Positions 1-10,016 of a stretch of DNA of 56,939 nt are shown piece by piece. Each line of letters starts with the position of its first letter. Positions within the stretch are counted from its first letter, which is position 1. Made by a program: the position numbers and the translations under genes. The DNA lies in the NCBI GenBank assembly GCA_037445795.1, contig JBBIJT010000002.1:1-56939 (forward strand). The letters run 5' to 3'. The notes under the pieces were generated by a model, which made no database searches, was not told where the DNA came from, and saw nothing but the letters and a program-made list of their open reading frames with translations. Source of the DNA: Betaproteobacteria bacterium. GTDB taxonomy: Bacteria; Pseudomonadota; Gammaproteobacteria; Burkholderiales; Usitatibacteraceae.

Positions 1-17
1 TGGACAAGAATCCGCTG

Positions 18-581
18 GTGCTGCTGGAGCTGGTCGAGCGGCTGGCGAACCTCATGCGGGCGGAGCTGCGCAAGGCCGGGGCCGACGAGAACCTCCAGCC
101 CGTCCACCTGCACGCGCTCATCTATCTTAGCAAGGCGAACCGCTACTCCAACACTCCGCAGGCGCTCGCCGCCTACCTCGGGCTCACGAAGGGGACGGTC
201 TCCCAGACGCTGCTGATCCTGGACCGCCGCGGCCTCATCGAGCGCTACCAGGACGACGTCGACCGCCGTGTCGTCCGGCTTCGCCTGTCCACGGACGGCG
301 AGCAGCTCCTCTACGAGGCGCAGCCGGCGCTCGCCTGGCAGAACGCCACCCGCAACATCAGCCCCAACCGCATCCGCAACGCCACCTCGGCCCTGCGCGA
401 GACCCTCGCCACGTTCCAGGAGGACAACGAGGGGTCGATGTTCGGCCAGTGCACCGACTGCGCCCACTGCCAGAAGCTCTCGCAGCGCATCTTCCGGTGC
501 GGCCTGATGGGCGACCGGCTGTCGGGGCCGGAGACGCGGCGCCTGTGCTGGCTGTTCGAGGCGAAGCGGGAGAGCGAGTAG
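18..581 (+). CDS. MarR-family transcriptional regulator with Cys-rich C-terminal extension
   Basis: ORF 18-581. It has a winged-helix MarR-like core (LTKGTVSQTLLILDRRGLIERYQDDVDRRVVRLRLSTDG). The frame stays open back to base 3, so the true start may lie upstream of the window. The C-terminal ~50 aa carries CTDCAHC...C...C cysteines. Confidence 0.8.
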   Translation: MLLELVERLANLMRAELRKAGADENLQPVHLHALIYLSKANRYSNTPQALAAYLGLTKGTVSQTLLILDRRGLIERYQDDVDRRVVRLRLSTDGEQLLYEAQPALAWQNATRNISPNRIRNATSALRETLATFQEDNEGSMFGQCTDCAHCQKLSQRIFRCGLMGDRLSGPETRRLCWLFEAKRESE

Positions 582-585
582 CGCC

Positions 586-2001
586 CTAGGCGGCGGCGAG
601 GCGGGCCCGGCCGCGGGCGATGGCCGCGCGAACCGCCTCCGGCGCGGTGCCGCCGACGTGCCGGCGGGTGGCGACCGAGCCTTCCGCGGTGAGCACCCCG
701 AAGACGTCCGCCTCGACGAGCGGGGAGAAGGCCTTGAGCCTCTCGAGCGGGAGCTCCCCCAGGTCGACGCCGGCGCCCTCGGCCTCCCGCACGGCGCGGG
801 CCACGATCTCGTGGGCGTCGCGGAAGGGCACGCCCTTGCGGACGAGGTAGTCGGCCAGGTCCGTCGCCGTCGCGAACCCCTCCGCCAGCGCGGCGCGCAT
901 GCGCTCCGGCCGGGCCGTCACCCCGCCGAGGAGCTCGGCGAGGATGGTGAAGGTGTCGGCGAGCGTGTCGGCGGCGTCGAACAGGGGCTCCTTGTCCTCC
1001 TGGTTGTCCTTGTTGTAGGCGAGCGGCTGCGCCTTCACGAGGGTGAGGAGGGCGACCAGCGCCCCGTAGACGCGGCCCGTCTTGCCGCGCATGAGCTCGG
1101 GCACGTCCGGGTTCTTCTTCTGCGGCATGATCGAGGAGCCCGTGCAGAAGCGGTCTGCAATGTCGACGAACCCGAAGCGCGGGTTCATCCACAGGACGAG
1201 CTCCTCCGAGAGGCGCGAGACGTGCGCCATGGCGAGCGCGCCGCATGCCAGGAACTCGATGGCGAAGTCCCGGTCGGAGACGGCGTCCAGCGAGTTCTCG
1301 CACACCCCGTCGAACCCGAGCTCCGCGGCGACCGATTCCCGGTCGATGGGGTAGCCGGTGCCCGCGAGCGCGGCGGACCCGAGCGGCAGCCGGTTCACGC
1401 GGCGCCGGCAGTCCGCCAGGCGCTCCGCGTCGCGGGAGAACATCTCGAAATAAGCCATCAGGTGGTGGCCGAAGGTCACCGGCTGGGCCACCTGCAGGTG
1501 CGTGAAGCCCGGCATCACCGTGGCGGCGTTGGCCTCGGCGAGGTCGAGGAGGCGGCCGCGCACGGACTTGAGGAGGGCGAGGAGCGAGTCGATTTCGGCG
1601 CGCAGCCAGAGCCGGATGTCGGTCGCGACCTGGTCGTTGCGCGAGCGGCCGGTGTGCAGGCGCTTGCCGGCATCCCCCACGAGCTCCGTGAGCCTCGCCT
1701 CGATGTTGAGGTGGACGTCCTCGCGCGCCACGGACCACCCGAAGCGCTCTTCGCGGATCTCGGCGCCGACCTGCCCCATGCCGCGCTCGATGGCCGCGAG
1801 GTCCGCGCCGGAAAGGATCCCCTGCCGCGCGAGCATCCGGGCGTGCGCGAGCGAGCCGAGGATGTCGAATTCGGCGAGCCGCCGGTCGAACGCAACGGAG
1901 GCGGTATAGCGCTGCATGAGCCGGTCGGCGGGCTCGGCGAAGCGGCCCGACCAGGCCTGGGCCGGCGCCGTCGCGCCGCGCTTGGAGTCTTTTTCTTGCA
2001 T
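586..2001 (-). CDS. argH: Argininosuccinate lyase
   Basis: The 471-aa protein starts at ATG 2001 (MQEKDSKRG...) inside the longer track ORF 586-2958. Fumarate-lyase family signatures TGRSRNDQV and [12 protein letters not shown] are present. The ORF upstream of 2001 is R/D/G-rich shadow. Confidence 0.95.
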   Translation of the reverse strand: MQEKDSKRGATAPAQAWSGRFAEPADRLMQRYTASVAFDRRLAEFDILGSLAHARMLARQGILSGADLAAIERGMGQVGAEIREERFGWSVAREDVHLNIEARLTELVGDAGKRLHTGRSRNDQVATDIRLWLRAEIDSLLALLKSVRGRLLDLAEANAATVMPGFTHLQVAQPVTFGHHLMAYFEMFSRDAERLADCRRRVNRLPLGSAALAGTGYPIDRESVAAELGFDGVCENSLDAVSDRDFAIEFLACGALAMAHVSRLSEELVLWMNPRFGFVDIADRFCTGSSIMPQKKNPDVPELMRGKTGRVYGALVALLTLVKAQPLAYNKDNQEDKEPLFDAADTLADTFTILAELLGGVTARPERMRAALAEGFATATDLADYLVRKGVPFRDAHEIVARAVREAEGAGVDLGELPLERLKAFSPLVEADVFGVLTAEGSVATRRHVGGTAPEAVRAAIARGRARLAAA

Positions 2002-2094
2002 GGAGTCGGCGGGGTCGGGAAGAATGGCTGCGTGCCGAGTATAAATCAGACGGGTGCGGGCATCCGGTTGCCGAACTTCTGCAACCTGGGGGTG

Positions 2095-3048
2095 ATGCTT
2101 CGCGCCATGGTCATCGCCAATCTCTTCGTCCTCGCGGCGGCCGTGCTTCGCTCGCGCAGCCCGGCCGATTTCGGCGGCCACTTCCTCGTGGTCGCGGCCT
2201 TCGCCGAGCCCGTGCTCATCGTCTCGCTCACCGTCCTCTGCGCCGGCCGCCGCCTGCTGGAGCTCCTGCGCTATCCGGCGGCCATCGCGGCGGTCGTGGT
2301 CCTCGAGCTGGGGCTCGCGTGGGCGTGGGTGGAGGCGTTCGGGGGGCTCTTCCCCGAGCAGGCGCCGGCCTCCCCCTTCCACGTGGCGTTCGCGGTCGCC
2401 TGCGCGACGGGCGTCATCCTGGTGTACTTCGACCTGCGCGCCCGCGCGCTCTCGCCCGCCATCGCGGAGGCGCGCATCCAGGCCCTGCAGGCGCGGATCC
2501 GGCCGCATTTCCTCTTCAACAGCATCAACGCGGTGTTGTCGCTCATCCGCTCCGACCCGCGCCGGGCCGAGCGCGCGCTCGAGGACCTGGCCGACCTCTT
2601 CCGCGTCCTCATGGCCGACGAGCGCACCCTTGCGCCCCTCGCCAAGGAGATCGACATCGCCCGCCAGTACCTGGCCATCGAGGAGCTTCGCCTGGGCGAG
2701 CGCCTGCGGGTGGCGTGGCGGGTCGAAGGCATGCCCGCCGACGCGCTCGTCCCGGCGATGATCCTCCAGCCGCTGGTGGAGAACGCCGTCTACCACGGCA
2801 TCGAGCCCCTCGAGAGCGGCGGCGAGATCGCGATCGAGGTGACCGCCACGAAGGAGGAGGTCGTCATCCGGCTCGCGAACCCCGTCCGCGCCGGCGGCGA
2901 CCGCCATTCCGGCAACCGGATGGCGCTCGCCAACATCCGCGAGCGGCTCCAGCTGCACTTCGACGCCGAGGCCAGCATGCGCTCGAGCACCGGCGACGGC
3001 CGCTACGAGGTCGTCATCCGCCTTCCCTACATCGCCGCCCCCCGATGA
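2095..3048 (+). CDS. algZ: LytS/AlgZ(FimS)-type sensor histidine kinase
   Basis: This is the C-terminal part of track ORF 658-3048, with ATG at 2095 (GTG at 2092 is an alternative). It has N-terminal TM segments, then the His_kinase motif [12 protein letters not shown] and the ATPase N-box [14 protein letters not shown]. It lies divergent from argH and overlaps the downstream LytTR regulator by 4 nt (ATGA), the same order as Pseudomonas argH-algZ-algR. Confidence 0.8.
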   Translation: MLRAMVIANLFVLAAAVLRSRSPADFGGHFLVVAAFAEPVLIVSLTVLCAGRRLLELLRYPAAIAAVVVLELGLAWAWVEAFGGLFPEQAPASPFHVAFAVACATGVILVYFDLRARALSPAIAEARIQALQARIRPHFLFNSINAVLSLIRSDPRRAERALEDLADLFRVLMADERTLAPLAKEIDIARQYLAIEELRLGERLRVAWRVEGMPADALVPAMILQPLVENAVYHGIEPLESGGEIAIEVTATKEEVVIRLANPVRAGGDRHSGNRMALANIRERLQLHFDAEASMRSSTGDGRYEVVIRLPYIAAPR

Positions 3049-3803
3049 CGCTGGCCGACTCGCGCGTTCCCCGCATCCTCATCGCCGACGACGAGGCGCC
3101 CGCCCGCTCGCGGCTTCGCGACCTGCTCGACGACTGCCGGCCCGAGTTCCCGCTCGTCATCGTGGACGAGGCGAGGAACGGCCGCGAGGTGCTGGAGATC
3201 GTCGGCCGCGAGAAGGTGGACATCGTGCTGCTCGACATCCGCATGCCGGAGATGGACGGCATGGAGGCGGCGCGCCACCTGGCCGGCATGGAGGAGCCCC
3301 CCGGCATCATCTTCACCACCGCCTTCGACGCCTACGCGATCAAGGCCTTCGAGGTGAACGCCATCGACTACCTGCTCAAGCCCATCCGGGCGGAGCGGCT
3401 CCTCGCGGCGCTTCGCAAGAGTGTGGCCGCCGCCCCCAGCCGCGAGGCGCTGGCCGCGGCGGCCACCCTGCCGCGCCGGCACCTGAGCGTGCACGAGCGC
3501 GGCAAGATCCACCTCGTCCCTGTGGCGGACATCCTCTACCTGCGCGCCGAGCTCAAGTACCTCACCGTCCGCACCGCCGCCCGGGAATTCCTGGTGGAGG
3601 AATCCCTCACCCGCCTCGAGGAGGAGTTCGGCGAGGCCTTCGTGCGCGTTCACCGCAACTGCCTGGTCGCGCGGGCGGCCATCGAGGGCTTCGAGAGGAA
3701 CTCCGCGGAGAGCGAGTCGGGCTGGGCCGTGATCGTGCGCGGCACGGGCGAGCGCCTCGCCGTGAGCCGCCGGCAGCAGCACGTCGTGAAGGACTTCCGG
3801 TAG
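3045..3803 (+). CDS. algR: LytTR-family response regulator (AlgR-like)
   Basis: 252 aa from ATG 3045 ([17 protein letters not shown]...). The receiver domain shows [14 protein letters not shown]. The C-terminal LytTR domain shows [10 protein letters not shown]...[11 protein letters not shown], closely resembling my recollection of P. aeruginosa AlgR. Confidence 0.85.
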   Translation: MTLADSRVPRILIADDEAPARSRLRDLLDDCRPEFPLVIVDEARNGREVLEIVGREKVDIVLLDIRMPEMDGMEAARHLAGMEEPPGIIFTTAFDAYAIKAFEVNAIDYLLKPIRAERLLAALRKSVAAAPSREALAAAATLPRRHLSVHERGKIHLVPVADILYLRAELKYLTVRTAAREFLVEESLTRLEEEFGEAFVRVHRNCLVARAAIEGFERNSAESESGWAVIVRGTGERLAVSRRQQHVVKDFR

Positions 3804-3807
3804 AAGG

Positions 3808-3849
3808 GGGACAGGTTCGGAAATCGGGGACGGTTTCGGAACCCGTCCT
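3808..3849. repeat. Degenerate, inverted copy of the 38-nt palindromic intergenic element
   Basis: The sequence is gggacaggt...ggggacggtttcggaacccgtcc. It shares the blocks GGGACAGGT and GGGGACGGTT with the reverse complement of the elements at 31433-31470 and 31906-31943. It sits between the convergent stops of algR and the LysR gene. Confidence 0.6.
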
Positions 3850-3864
3850 CCGTTACCGCCGGCC

Positions 3865-4767
3865 CTACTCCCAGTAGGGCGGATCCCCGAAGGTCTTCTT
3901 CATGAAGTCGATGAAGAAGCGCACCTTGGCGGGGAGCAGCCGGCGCTCGGGAAACACGGCGTAGACGTTGTTGCCGGGCACGGCGAACTCGTCGAGCACC
4001 GCGACGAGGCGCCCCTTCTTCACCTCCTCGCTCACCTCCCAGGCGCTGCGCAGCGCGAGCCCCTCGCCGGCGAGCGCCCAGCGGGTGAGCACCTCGCCGT
4101 CGTTGCACTGGAGGTTGCCGTTCACCCTGATGGCCACCGGCTTGCCGCGGTCGTGGAAGTGCCACGTGTCGGCCAGGCCGTCCTCGGTGCTCGTGACCAG
4201 GCAGTTGTGGCGGGCGAGGTCGGCGAGCGTGGCGGGGCGGCCGGCGCGCTTCAGGTAGGCGGGCGAGCCGCAGACCACGCGGTGGTTGCGCGCCAGCTTC
4301 ACCGCGACGAGGTCGGCGCTCTTCAGGTCCGCGATCCGGATCGCGAGGTCGAAGCGCTCGTTCTTGAGGTCCACGATCCGCTCGGAGAGGTGGAGCTGGA
4401 CGGCCAGGTTGGGATGCGCCGCGACGAACGCCGGAAGGTGCGGCGCGATGTGCTTGCGGCCGAAGGCCGTCGGCGCGGTGACGATGAGGCGGCCGGCCGC
4501 GTTCTTGGCGCCGACGGTCAGCGCGTCCTCGGCCGAGCGCAGCTCCTCGAGCACCCGGTGGCAATCCTCGTAGAATGTGGCTCCCTCGGGCGTGAGCGTC
4601 ACCTTGCGCGTGGAGCGCTTGAAGAGCTTCACCCCGAGCCGTTCCTCGAGCTGGTCGATGCGCCGGCCCACCATCGCCGGGGTGATCCCCTCCTCGCGGG
4701 CGGCAGCGGACAGGCTGCCGCGCTGCGCGACATCCACGAAGGTGGTGAGCTCCTTGAACTTGTCCAT
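3865..4767 (-). CDS. LysR-family transcriptional regulator
   Basis: 300-aa ORF with an N-terminal HTH (LSAAAREEGITPAMVGRRIDQLEERLGVKLFKRSTRKVTLTPEG) and a LysR substrate-binding domain. It is divergent from aceB. Confidence 0.9.
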   Translation of the reverse strand: MDKFKELTTFVDVAQRGSLSAAAREEGITPAMVGRRIDQLEERLGVKLFKRSTRKVTLTPEGATFYEDCHRVLEELRSAEDALTVGAKNAAGRLIVTAPTAFGRKHIAPHLPAFVAAHPNLAVQLHLSERIVDLKNERFDLAIRIADLKSADLVAVKLARNHRVVCGSPAYLKRAGRPATLADLARHNCLVTSTEDGLADTWHFHDRGKPVAIRVNGNLQCNDGEVLTRWALAGEGLALRSAWEVSEEVKKGRLVAVLDEFAVPGNNVYAVFPERRLLPAKVRFFIDFMKKTFGDPPYWE

Positions 4768-4806
4768 GGCCGACTCGAAGTATAAGACCTTTTGCGACGG
4801 CTGGCG

Positions 4807-4831
4807 ATTACCCCCAATCCAGTAAGGTAAT
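4807..4831. promoter_or_regulatory. Candidate LysR-type operator (inverted repeat ATTACC-N13-GGTAAT)
   Basis: attacccccaatccagtaaggtaat is an AT-rich island in otherwise GC-rich DNA. It lies 40 nt upstream of the LysR start and 79 nt upstream of the aceB ATG. Confidence 0.35.
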
Positions 4832-4909
4832 AGACTCTACGACTGAACCCATGGGGCGCCCCCGGCCGCAGTCCGGCGGAGCGCTCCAGAATCCCGAAAG
4901 GCACAGAAG

Positions 4910-6511
4910 ATGGATACGAAGATCGCTCTACCCGCCGGAATGGAGATCACGGGCGCGCTCAGGCCGGAGTTCGGCCGCGTCCTCACGCCGGATGCGCTCG
5001 CCTTCGCCGCGAAGCTGCTGCGCCAGTTCGGCCCGCGCCGTGTGGAGCTCCTCGCCGCCCGCGCCCTGCGGCAGAAGGAATTCGACGCCGGGAAGATGCC
5101 CGACTTCCTCCCCGCGACGAAGAGCGTCCGCGACGCCGACTGGAAGATCGCCGACCAGCCGAAGGACATCCTGGACCGCCGCGTGGAGATCACGGGCCCG
5201 ACCGACCGCAAGATGGTGATCAACGCCCTCAACTCGGGCGCCTCCACCTTCATGGCCGACTTCGAGGACGCCAACTGCCCCACGTGGGCGAACATGATCG
5301 AGGGCCAGGCGAACCTCATGGACGCGGTGCGCCGCACCATCACGTTCGAGCAGGCGGGCAAGTCCTACCGGCTGAACGAGAAGACCGGCGTCCTCTTCCC
5401 GCGCCCGCGCGGCTGGCACCTGGACGAGAAGCACGTGAAGCTCGACGGCAAGCCCGTCTCCGGCGGCATCTTCGACTTCGCGCTGTACTTCTTCCACAAC
5501 GCGAAGGAGCTGCTCGCCCGCGGCTCCGGTCCCTACTTCTACCTGCCCAAGATGGAGTCGCACCTGGAGGCGCGCCTCTGGAACGACATCTTCACCGTGG
5601 CGCAGAAGGAGGTGGGCGTGCCCCACGGCTCGATCAAGGCGACCGTCCTCATCGAGACCATCGTGGCCGCCTTCGAGATGGACGAGATCCTCTGGGAGCT
5701 GCGCGACCATTCCGCCGGCCTCAACATCGGCCGCTGGGACTACATCTTCTCGTGCATCAAGAAGTTCCGCTCGCACCCCGGGTTCTGCCTGGCCGACCGC
5801 GCGCAGGTCACCATGACCTCCCCCTTCATGCGCGCCTACGCGCTGCTGCTGGTGAAGACCTGCCACCGCCGCAACGCCCCCGCGATGGGCGGCATGGCGG
5901 CGCAGATCCCCATCAAGAACGACCCCGCCGCCAACGAGGCCGCCATGGAGAAGGTGCGCGCCGACAAGCTGCGCGAGGTGACCGACGGCTGCGACGGGAC
6001 GTGGGTCGCCCACCCGGGCCTCGTGCCGATCGCGAAGGAGGTCTTCGACAAGCACATGCCGCAGCCCAACCAGTACGGGAAGCAGCACCCGGAGGTGAAC
6101 GTCACGGCGGCGGACCTGCTGAACTTCAAGCCCGAGGGGCCCATCACCGAGGCGGGGCTTCGCAACAACATCCAGGTCGGCATCCAGTACATCGGCTCCT
6201 GGCTGGGCGGCAACGGCTGCGTGCCCATCTTCAACCTCATGGAGGACGCCGCCACGGCCGAGATCTCGCGCTCGCAGGTCTGGCAGTGGATGCGCTCGCC
6301 CAAGGGGGCGCTGGCCGACGGCCGCAAGGTGACCAGGCAGCTCTTCCACGAGATCCTGGTCGACGAGCTGAAGAAAACGCCGTCGATCGTGGGCGCCGAG
6401 GCCTACGCCGCCGGCAAGTACGCCGAGGGCGCCAGGCTCTTCGAGGAGATCACGGCCTCGGACGAGTACGTCGAGTTCCTCACGCTGCCGGCCTACAAGG
6501 CGCTCGCCTGA
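4910..6511 (+). CDS. aceB: Malate synthase A
   Basis: 533-aa ORF. Motifs typical of malate synthase A are present: [37 protein letters not shown]. Confidence 0.93.
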   Translation: MDTKIALPAGMEITGALRPEFGRVLTPDALAFAAKLLRQFGPRRVELLAARALRQKEFDAGKMPDFLPATKSVRDADWKIADQPKDILDRRVEITGPTDRKMVINALNSGASTFMADFEDANCPTWANMIEGQANLMDAVRRTITFEQAGKSYRLNEKTGVLFPRPRGWHLDEKHVKLDGKPVSGGIFDFALYFFHNAKELLARGSGPYFYLPKMESHLEARLWNDIFTVAQKEVGVPHGSIKATVLIETIVAAFEMDEILWELRDHSAGLNIGRWDYIFSCIKKFRSHPGFCLADRAQVTMTSPFMRAYALLLVKTCHRRNAPAMGGMAAQIPIKNDPAANEAAMEKVRADKLREVTDGCDGTWVAHPGLVPIAKEVFDKHMPQPNQYGKQHPEVNVTAADLLNFKPEGPITEAGLRNNIQVGIQYIGSWLGGNGCVPIFNLMEDAATAEISRSQVWQWMRSPKGALADGRKVTRQLFHEILVDELKKTPSIVGAEAYAAGKYAEGARLFEEITASDEYVEFLTLPAYKALA

Positions 6512-6607
6512 GGCAGAATATCCTGCACTGCGGCCGCCGCATTCGCCGTATCGAGCGAAGCCGGCGGGAGGCCACGATGGCGTCGTCCCTCTGGGAAGGA
6601 GGCGTCG

Positions 6608-6916
6608 ATGAAGCCGGGCGAAGTGTCGGAGTTCTTCTTCGTGGGCGCGGGCTCCATGCCCGGGCTCATCGCGTGGCTGGGCGACCCGGGTCTCGCCGTG
6701 ATCGTCCTCGTGGCGCTGCTCCTGGCGGCATGCCTGGGCGCGATGGCCGACCCCGAGGCGCCGTTCCGGACGATGTCCGCTTCCGATCCGCGCGGCGAGC
6801 CGGGCGGCGAGGCTAGTCGGGCATCCTCCACGCGGTGCCGCACTTGCGACAGCGCACGCGCAGCCAGGGATGGGGAAGGGGCCGCGCCTCGGGGTCGAGG
6901 TACGGCCCCTCCGTGA
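6608..6916 (+). CDS. Possible small membrane protein (hypothetical)
   Basis: A strong SD (ggaaggagg) sits 5 nt upstream of ATG 6608. The first ~65 codons have G/C-rich third positions and encode one hydrophobic segment (GLAVIVLVALLLAACLGA). The last ~100 nt overlap the convergent gene 6813-7235, which is unusual. Confidence 0.3.
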   Translation: MKPGEVSEFFFVGAGSMPGLIAWLGDPGLAVIVLVALLLAACLGAMADPEAPFRTMSASDPRGEPGGEASRASSTRCRTCDSARAARDGEGAAPRGRGTAPP

Positions 6917-7235
6917 CGAGCCCCGAGGCGAGGATCTCGAACCGGGCGTAGGCCTTGCACGCCGGGCAGCACGAGCGGCTGCCGTAGACTTCGGCGCGCT
7001 CGAGCACCGTGATGTACCGCCGCCACGAGCGCCATCCCACCACGATGGCGCCGAAGATGGTGGCCAGCAGCGCCGCGGGCTTCCAGCCGAGCTCCGCGAA
7101 GGTCAGCGCCTCGAGGCAGGCGGCGACGGTGATCCCGGCGAGGAAGCAGGTGGTGAACGCGAGGTGGCTTTCGATGAGCTGCCGCTCGTACCACTTGCGG
7201 AACCCCACCCGGCGGATGCGCGCGGCGATGTCCAT
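6813..7235 (-). CDS. Hypothetical membrane protein with C-terminal zinc-ribbon (CxxC...CxxC)
   Basis: 140-aa ORF with two predicted TM helices, then CCPACKAY...CRKCGTAW. It is the last gene of the minus-strand lipA-DUF4124 run, with a 10-nt gap. Confidence 0.6.
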   Translation of the reverse strand: MDIAARIRRVGFRKWYERQLIESHLAFTTCFLAGITVAACLEALTFAELGWKPAALLATIFGAIVVGWRSWRRYITVLERAEVYGSRSCCPACKAYARFEILASGLVTEGPYLDPEARPLPHPWLRVRCRKCGTAWRMPD

Positions 7236-7245
7236 CGCCCGGAGG

Positions 7246-7686
7246 CTATCTCGGCGCCGGCTTCGGTTGCGGCCGCGGCGGCATGGGGCGGGGCGGCCCG
7301 GGCTGGACGGGCCGGTTGGGCCAACCGCCGTAGATGATGACCGGCTGGTCGCGCGCCGCCTCGCGCTCGAGCGCTTCCCGCTCGAGCTGCCTCTCGCGAT
7401 CGAGCCGCTCCTGCCGCAGGCGCGCCTCCTCGGCCTCGCGGGCCGCGCGCTCGTCGAGGCGCTTCTGGGCCTCCTCGCCCTTGCGCAGGATCTCGTCGCG
7501 CTTCGAGGGATCGTAGTCGGTGTTGGCCGGCGTGGCGTCGACCTTGCGCTCGTCGTCCGCCTTCGGGCAGGGCGCCTGCTGGTAGGTCACCTTCCCGTCG
7601 GGCGAGGTGCAGCGGTAGAACTGCTGGGCCATGGCCGGCGCCGCCGCGAGCGCCAGGGCGAGGAAGGCGAGGCGTGCGCGTGCCAC
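7246..7686 (-). CDS. DUF4124-domain secreted protein (E/R-rich coiled coil, Pro-rich tail)
   Basis: A GTG at 7686 gives the signal peptide VARARLAFLALALAAAPAMA. This is followed by the DUF4124 hallmark FYRCTSPDGKVTYQQAPCP. The track ORF extends to 7752 but would overlap the upstream paralogue. Confidence 0.75.
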   Translation of the reverse strand: MARARLAFLALALAAAPAMAQQFYRCTSPDGKVTYQQAPCPKADDERKVDATPANTDYDPSKRDEILRKGEEAQKRLDERAAREAEEARLRQERLDRERQLEREALEREAARDQPVIIYGGWPNRPVQPGPPRPMPPRPQPKPAPR

Positions 7687-7694
7687 CGCCGGCC

Positions 7695-8117
7695 TCAGCT
7701 CGTGGGCTTGGTCTGCGGGCGGGCCTGCCCCGGCTTGGCGGGGAAACCCCAAGGCGTGTCCCAGGGGATGTCCTCGACGGGCCGCTTCTCCAGCTCGCGC
7801 TGGCGGCGCAGCCGCTCCTCGCGGGCGAGGGCCTCGCGCTCGCGCATCCGCTCGACCTCGCGGGCGCGGGCGTCGCCCGCGAAGCGCCCGGCCAGGTCGC
7901 TGCCGCGGGCCGCCTCGCGCTCGAGGAGGACGCGCGCCTCGACCTCGTCGCGGGAATCCGGGCGGTTCACGTCGATGCGCTTCTGGCCCCGGTCCGTCGG
8001 GCAGGGCGTGTCCTGGTAGGTGACGCGCCCGTCCGTCCCGGTGCAGCGGTAGAGCGTCTGCGCCGCGGCTGCAGTGCAGGCGAGCGCGAGGGCCGCGGCG
8101 ACGAAGGCGCGGATCAT
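7695..8117 (-). CDS. DUF4124-domain secreted protein (paralogue)
   Basis: ATG at 8117 ([40 protein letters not shown]). The start overlaps the lipA stop (ATGA). Confidence 0.8.
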   Translation of the reverse strand: MIRAFVAAALALACTAAAAQTLYRCTGTDGRVTYQDTPCPTDRGQKRIDVNRPDSRDEVEARVLLEREAARGSDLAGRFAGDARAREVERMREREALAREERLRRQRELEKRPVEDIPWDTPWGFPAKPGQARPQTKPTS

Positions 8118-9067
8118 GCGGCCCCCGAGGCCTTCGCCTGGCGGTCGGCGTGGTAGCTGGAGCGGACCATGGGCCCGCAGGCGGCGCTCGCGAAGCCCAT
8201 GCGCGCGGCCTCCTCCTCGAACATCCGGAACTCGTCCGGGTGGACGAAGCGCGTCACGGGCAGGTGGCTCCTCGACGGCTGGAGGTACTGGCCGACGGTG
8301 AGCATGTCCACGCCGTGCGCGCGCAGGTCGCGCATCACGCCGAGGATCTCGTCGTTCGTCTCCCCCAGCCCGACCATGAGGCCCGACTTCGTCGGCGTGC
8401 CGGGGCGCGCGGCCTTGAAGTCCCCGAGGAGCTTCAGCGAGTGGGCGTAGTCCGAGCCGGGGCGCGCCTGCGCGTAGAGGCGGGGCACCGTCTCGAGGTT
8501 GTGGTTCATCACGTCGGGGGGGGCTGCCGCGAGGATGGCGAGCGCCCGGTCGAGGCGCCCGCGGAAGTCCGGCGTGAGGATCTCGATCTTCGTCGCCGGC
8601 GAGCGCTCGCGCACGGCGCGGATGCAGTCGACGAAGTGCTGCGCGCCGCCGTCGCGCAGGTCGTCCCGGTCGACGCTCGTGATCACCACGTAGGAGAGCC
8701 CCATGGCGGCGATGGTCTCGCCCAGCGCGCGCGGCTCGTTCGCGTCGAGCGGCTGCGGCCGGCCGTGGGCCACGTCGCAGAAGGGGCAGCGACGCGTGCA
8801 CAGGTCGCCCATGATCATGAACGTGGCGGTGCCGTGGCCGAAGCACTCGCCGATGTTGGGGCAGGAGGCCTCCTCGCACACGGTGTTGAGCTTCGCCTCG
8901 CGCAGGATGCGCTTGATCTCGTGGAAGCGCTCGCCGCCGCCGGCGCGCGCGCGGATCCAGTCGGGCTTGCGCAGCGGCTCGGCCGCGACCACCTTGATCG
9001 GGATCCGCGAGGTCTTGCCGGCGCGCTTGGCGTCCAGCTTGGCTTCGGGCGTGCGTGGGTCGGCCAT
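8114..9067 (-). CDS. lipA: Lipoyl synthase
   Basis: 317-aa ORF. It has the [12 protein letters not shown] auxiliary cluster motif and the radical-SAM CTRRCPFC motif. Confidence 0.96.
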   Translation of the reverse strand: MADPRTPEAKLDAKRAGKTSRIPIKVVAAEPLRKPDWIRARAGGGERFHEIKRILREAKLNTVCEEASCPNIGECFGHGTATFMIMGDLCTRRCPFCDVAHGRPQPLDANEPRALGETIAAMGLSYVVITSVDRDDLRDGGAQHFVDCIRAVRERSPATKIEILTPDFRGRLDRALAILAAAPPDVMNHNLETVPRLYAQARPGSDYAHSLKLLGDFKAARPGTPTKSGLMVGLGETNDEILGVMRDLRAHGVDMLTVGQYLQPSRSHLPVTRFVHPDEFRMFEEEAARMGFASAACGPMVRSSYHADRQAKASGAA

Positions 9068-9075
9068 GGAGGCTT

Positions 9076-9723
9076 TCAGGGGGCCGCGAGCGCGGCGACG
9101 AGGTGCTCCTGCCAGCGGCTCTGCACCGCGGCCATCGTATCACGCACCCCCAGGTCGGCGAGCCGCGTGGCCGCGAGGCCGGGGTAGCCGCACGGGTTGA
9201 TGCGGGAGAAGGCCGCGAGGTCCGCGTCGACGTTGAGCGCGATCCCGTGGAAGCTGCACCCCCGCGACACGCGCAGCCCCACCGCCGCGATCTTGGCGCC
9301 CGAGACGTACACGCCCGGCATCCCGGGCTGGCGCTGCGCCTGCACGCCGTAGCCCGCGAGCAGGTCGATCACCGATTGCTCGAGCCGGCGCACCAGCTCC
9401 TTCACGCCGAAGCCGGCGCGCTTCAGGTCCACGAGGGCGTAGGCGACGAGCTGGCCCGGGCCGTGCCAGGTCACCTGCCCGCCGCGGTCGATGCGCACGA
9501 CGGGGATGGGGCCCGCGTCCAGCACGTGCTCCGGCTTGGCGGCGAGGCCCAGCGTGATGACCGGCGGGTGCTCGACGAACCACAGCTCGTCGGGCGTGGC
9601 CTCGCCGCGGGTGCGCGTGAACTCCTGCATCGCGCGCCAGACGGGCTCGTACTCGGCGCGCCCCAGGGCGCGGATCGCGGTTCCCGCGGTCGGGGAGCGG
9701 GCCGGCACCCGGTCGACCCTCAC
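9076..9723 (-). CDS. lipB: Octanoyltransferase (lipoyl(octanoyl) transferase)
   Basis: 215 aa from GTG 9723, which overlaps the ybeD stop (GTGA). The motif [16 protein letters not shown] is typical of LipB. Confidence 0.9.
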   Translation of the reverse strand: MRVDRVPARSPTAGTAIRALGRAEYEPVWRAMQEFTRTRGEATPDELWFVEHPPVITLGLAAKPEHVLDAGPIPVVRIDRGGQVTWHGPGQLVAYALVDLKRAGFGVKELVRRLEQSVIDLLAGYGVQAQRQPGMPGVYVSGAKIAAVGLRVSRGCSFHGIALNVDADLAAFSRINPCGYPGLAATRLADLGVRDTMAAVQSRWQEHLVAALAAP

Positions 9724-9998
9724 AGCACCATCATCACCATCGGGTGGCCGGACAGGTCCCGGTAGAGGGCGTCCAGCTGGTCGCGCGAGCGCGCGTTGAT
9801 GGTGACGGTGACGGAAAGGTACTTGCCCGCCTTCGAGGGGCGCATCTCCATCGAGGCGGGGTCGAAGTCCGGCGCGTGGCGAAGCACCACCTCGAGGACG
9901 GCCTGGGCGTAGCCGTCCTCGCGCCGCCCCATCACCTTGATGGGGAATTGCGTCGGGAACGTGAGGAGGGGCTTCTCCCCGGGGCCGTCGGATCGCAT
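9720..9998 (-). CDS. ybeD: DUF493/YbeD-family protein
   Basis: 92-aa ORF (FPTQFPIKVMG...SVTVTI...) in the conserved position upstream of lipB. Confidence 0.85.
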   Translation of the reverse strand: MRSDGPGEKPLLTFPTQFPIKVMGRREDGYAQAVLEVVLRHAPDFDPASMEMRPSKAGKYLSVTVTINARSRDQLDALYRDLSGHPMVMMVL

Positions 9999-10016
9999 CG
10001 CCCTTCGCGGCCGGCC

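Noticed and set aside
311-1738. Alternative-frame ORFs across argH (311-1738 minus, 658-2094 plus) and the N-terminal extension of ORF 586-2958
   Set aside because: argH is unambiguous in its own frame from ATG 2001. The others are out-of-frame or antisense shadows. The plus-strand ORF becomes real only from 2095 (algZ).
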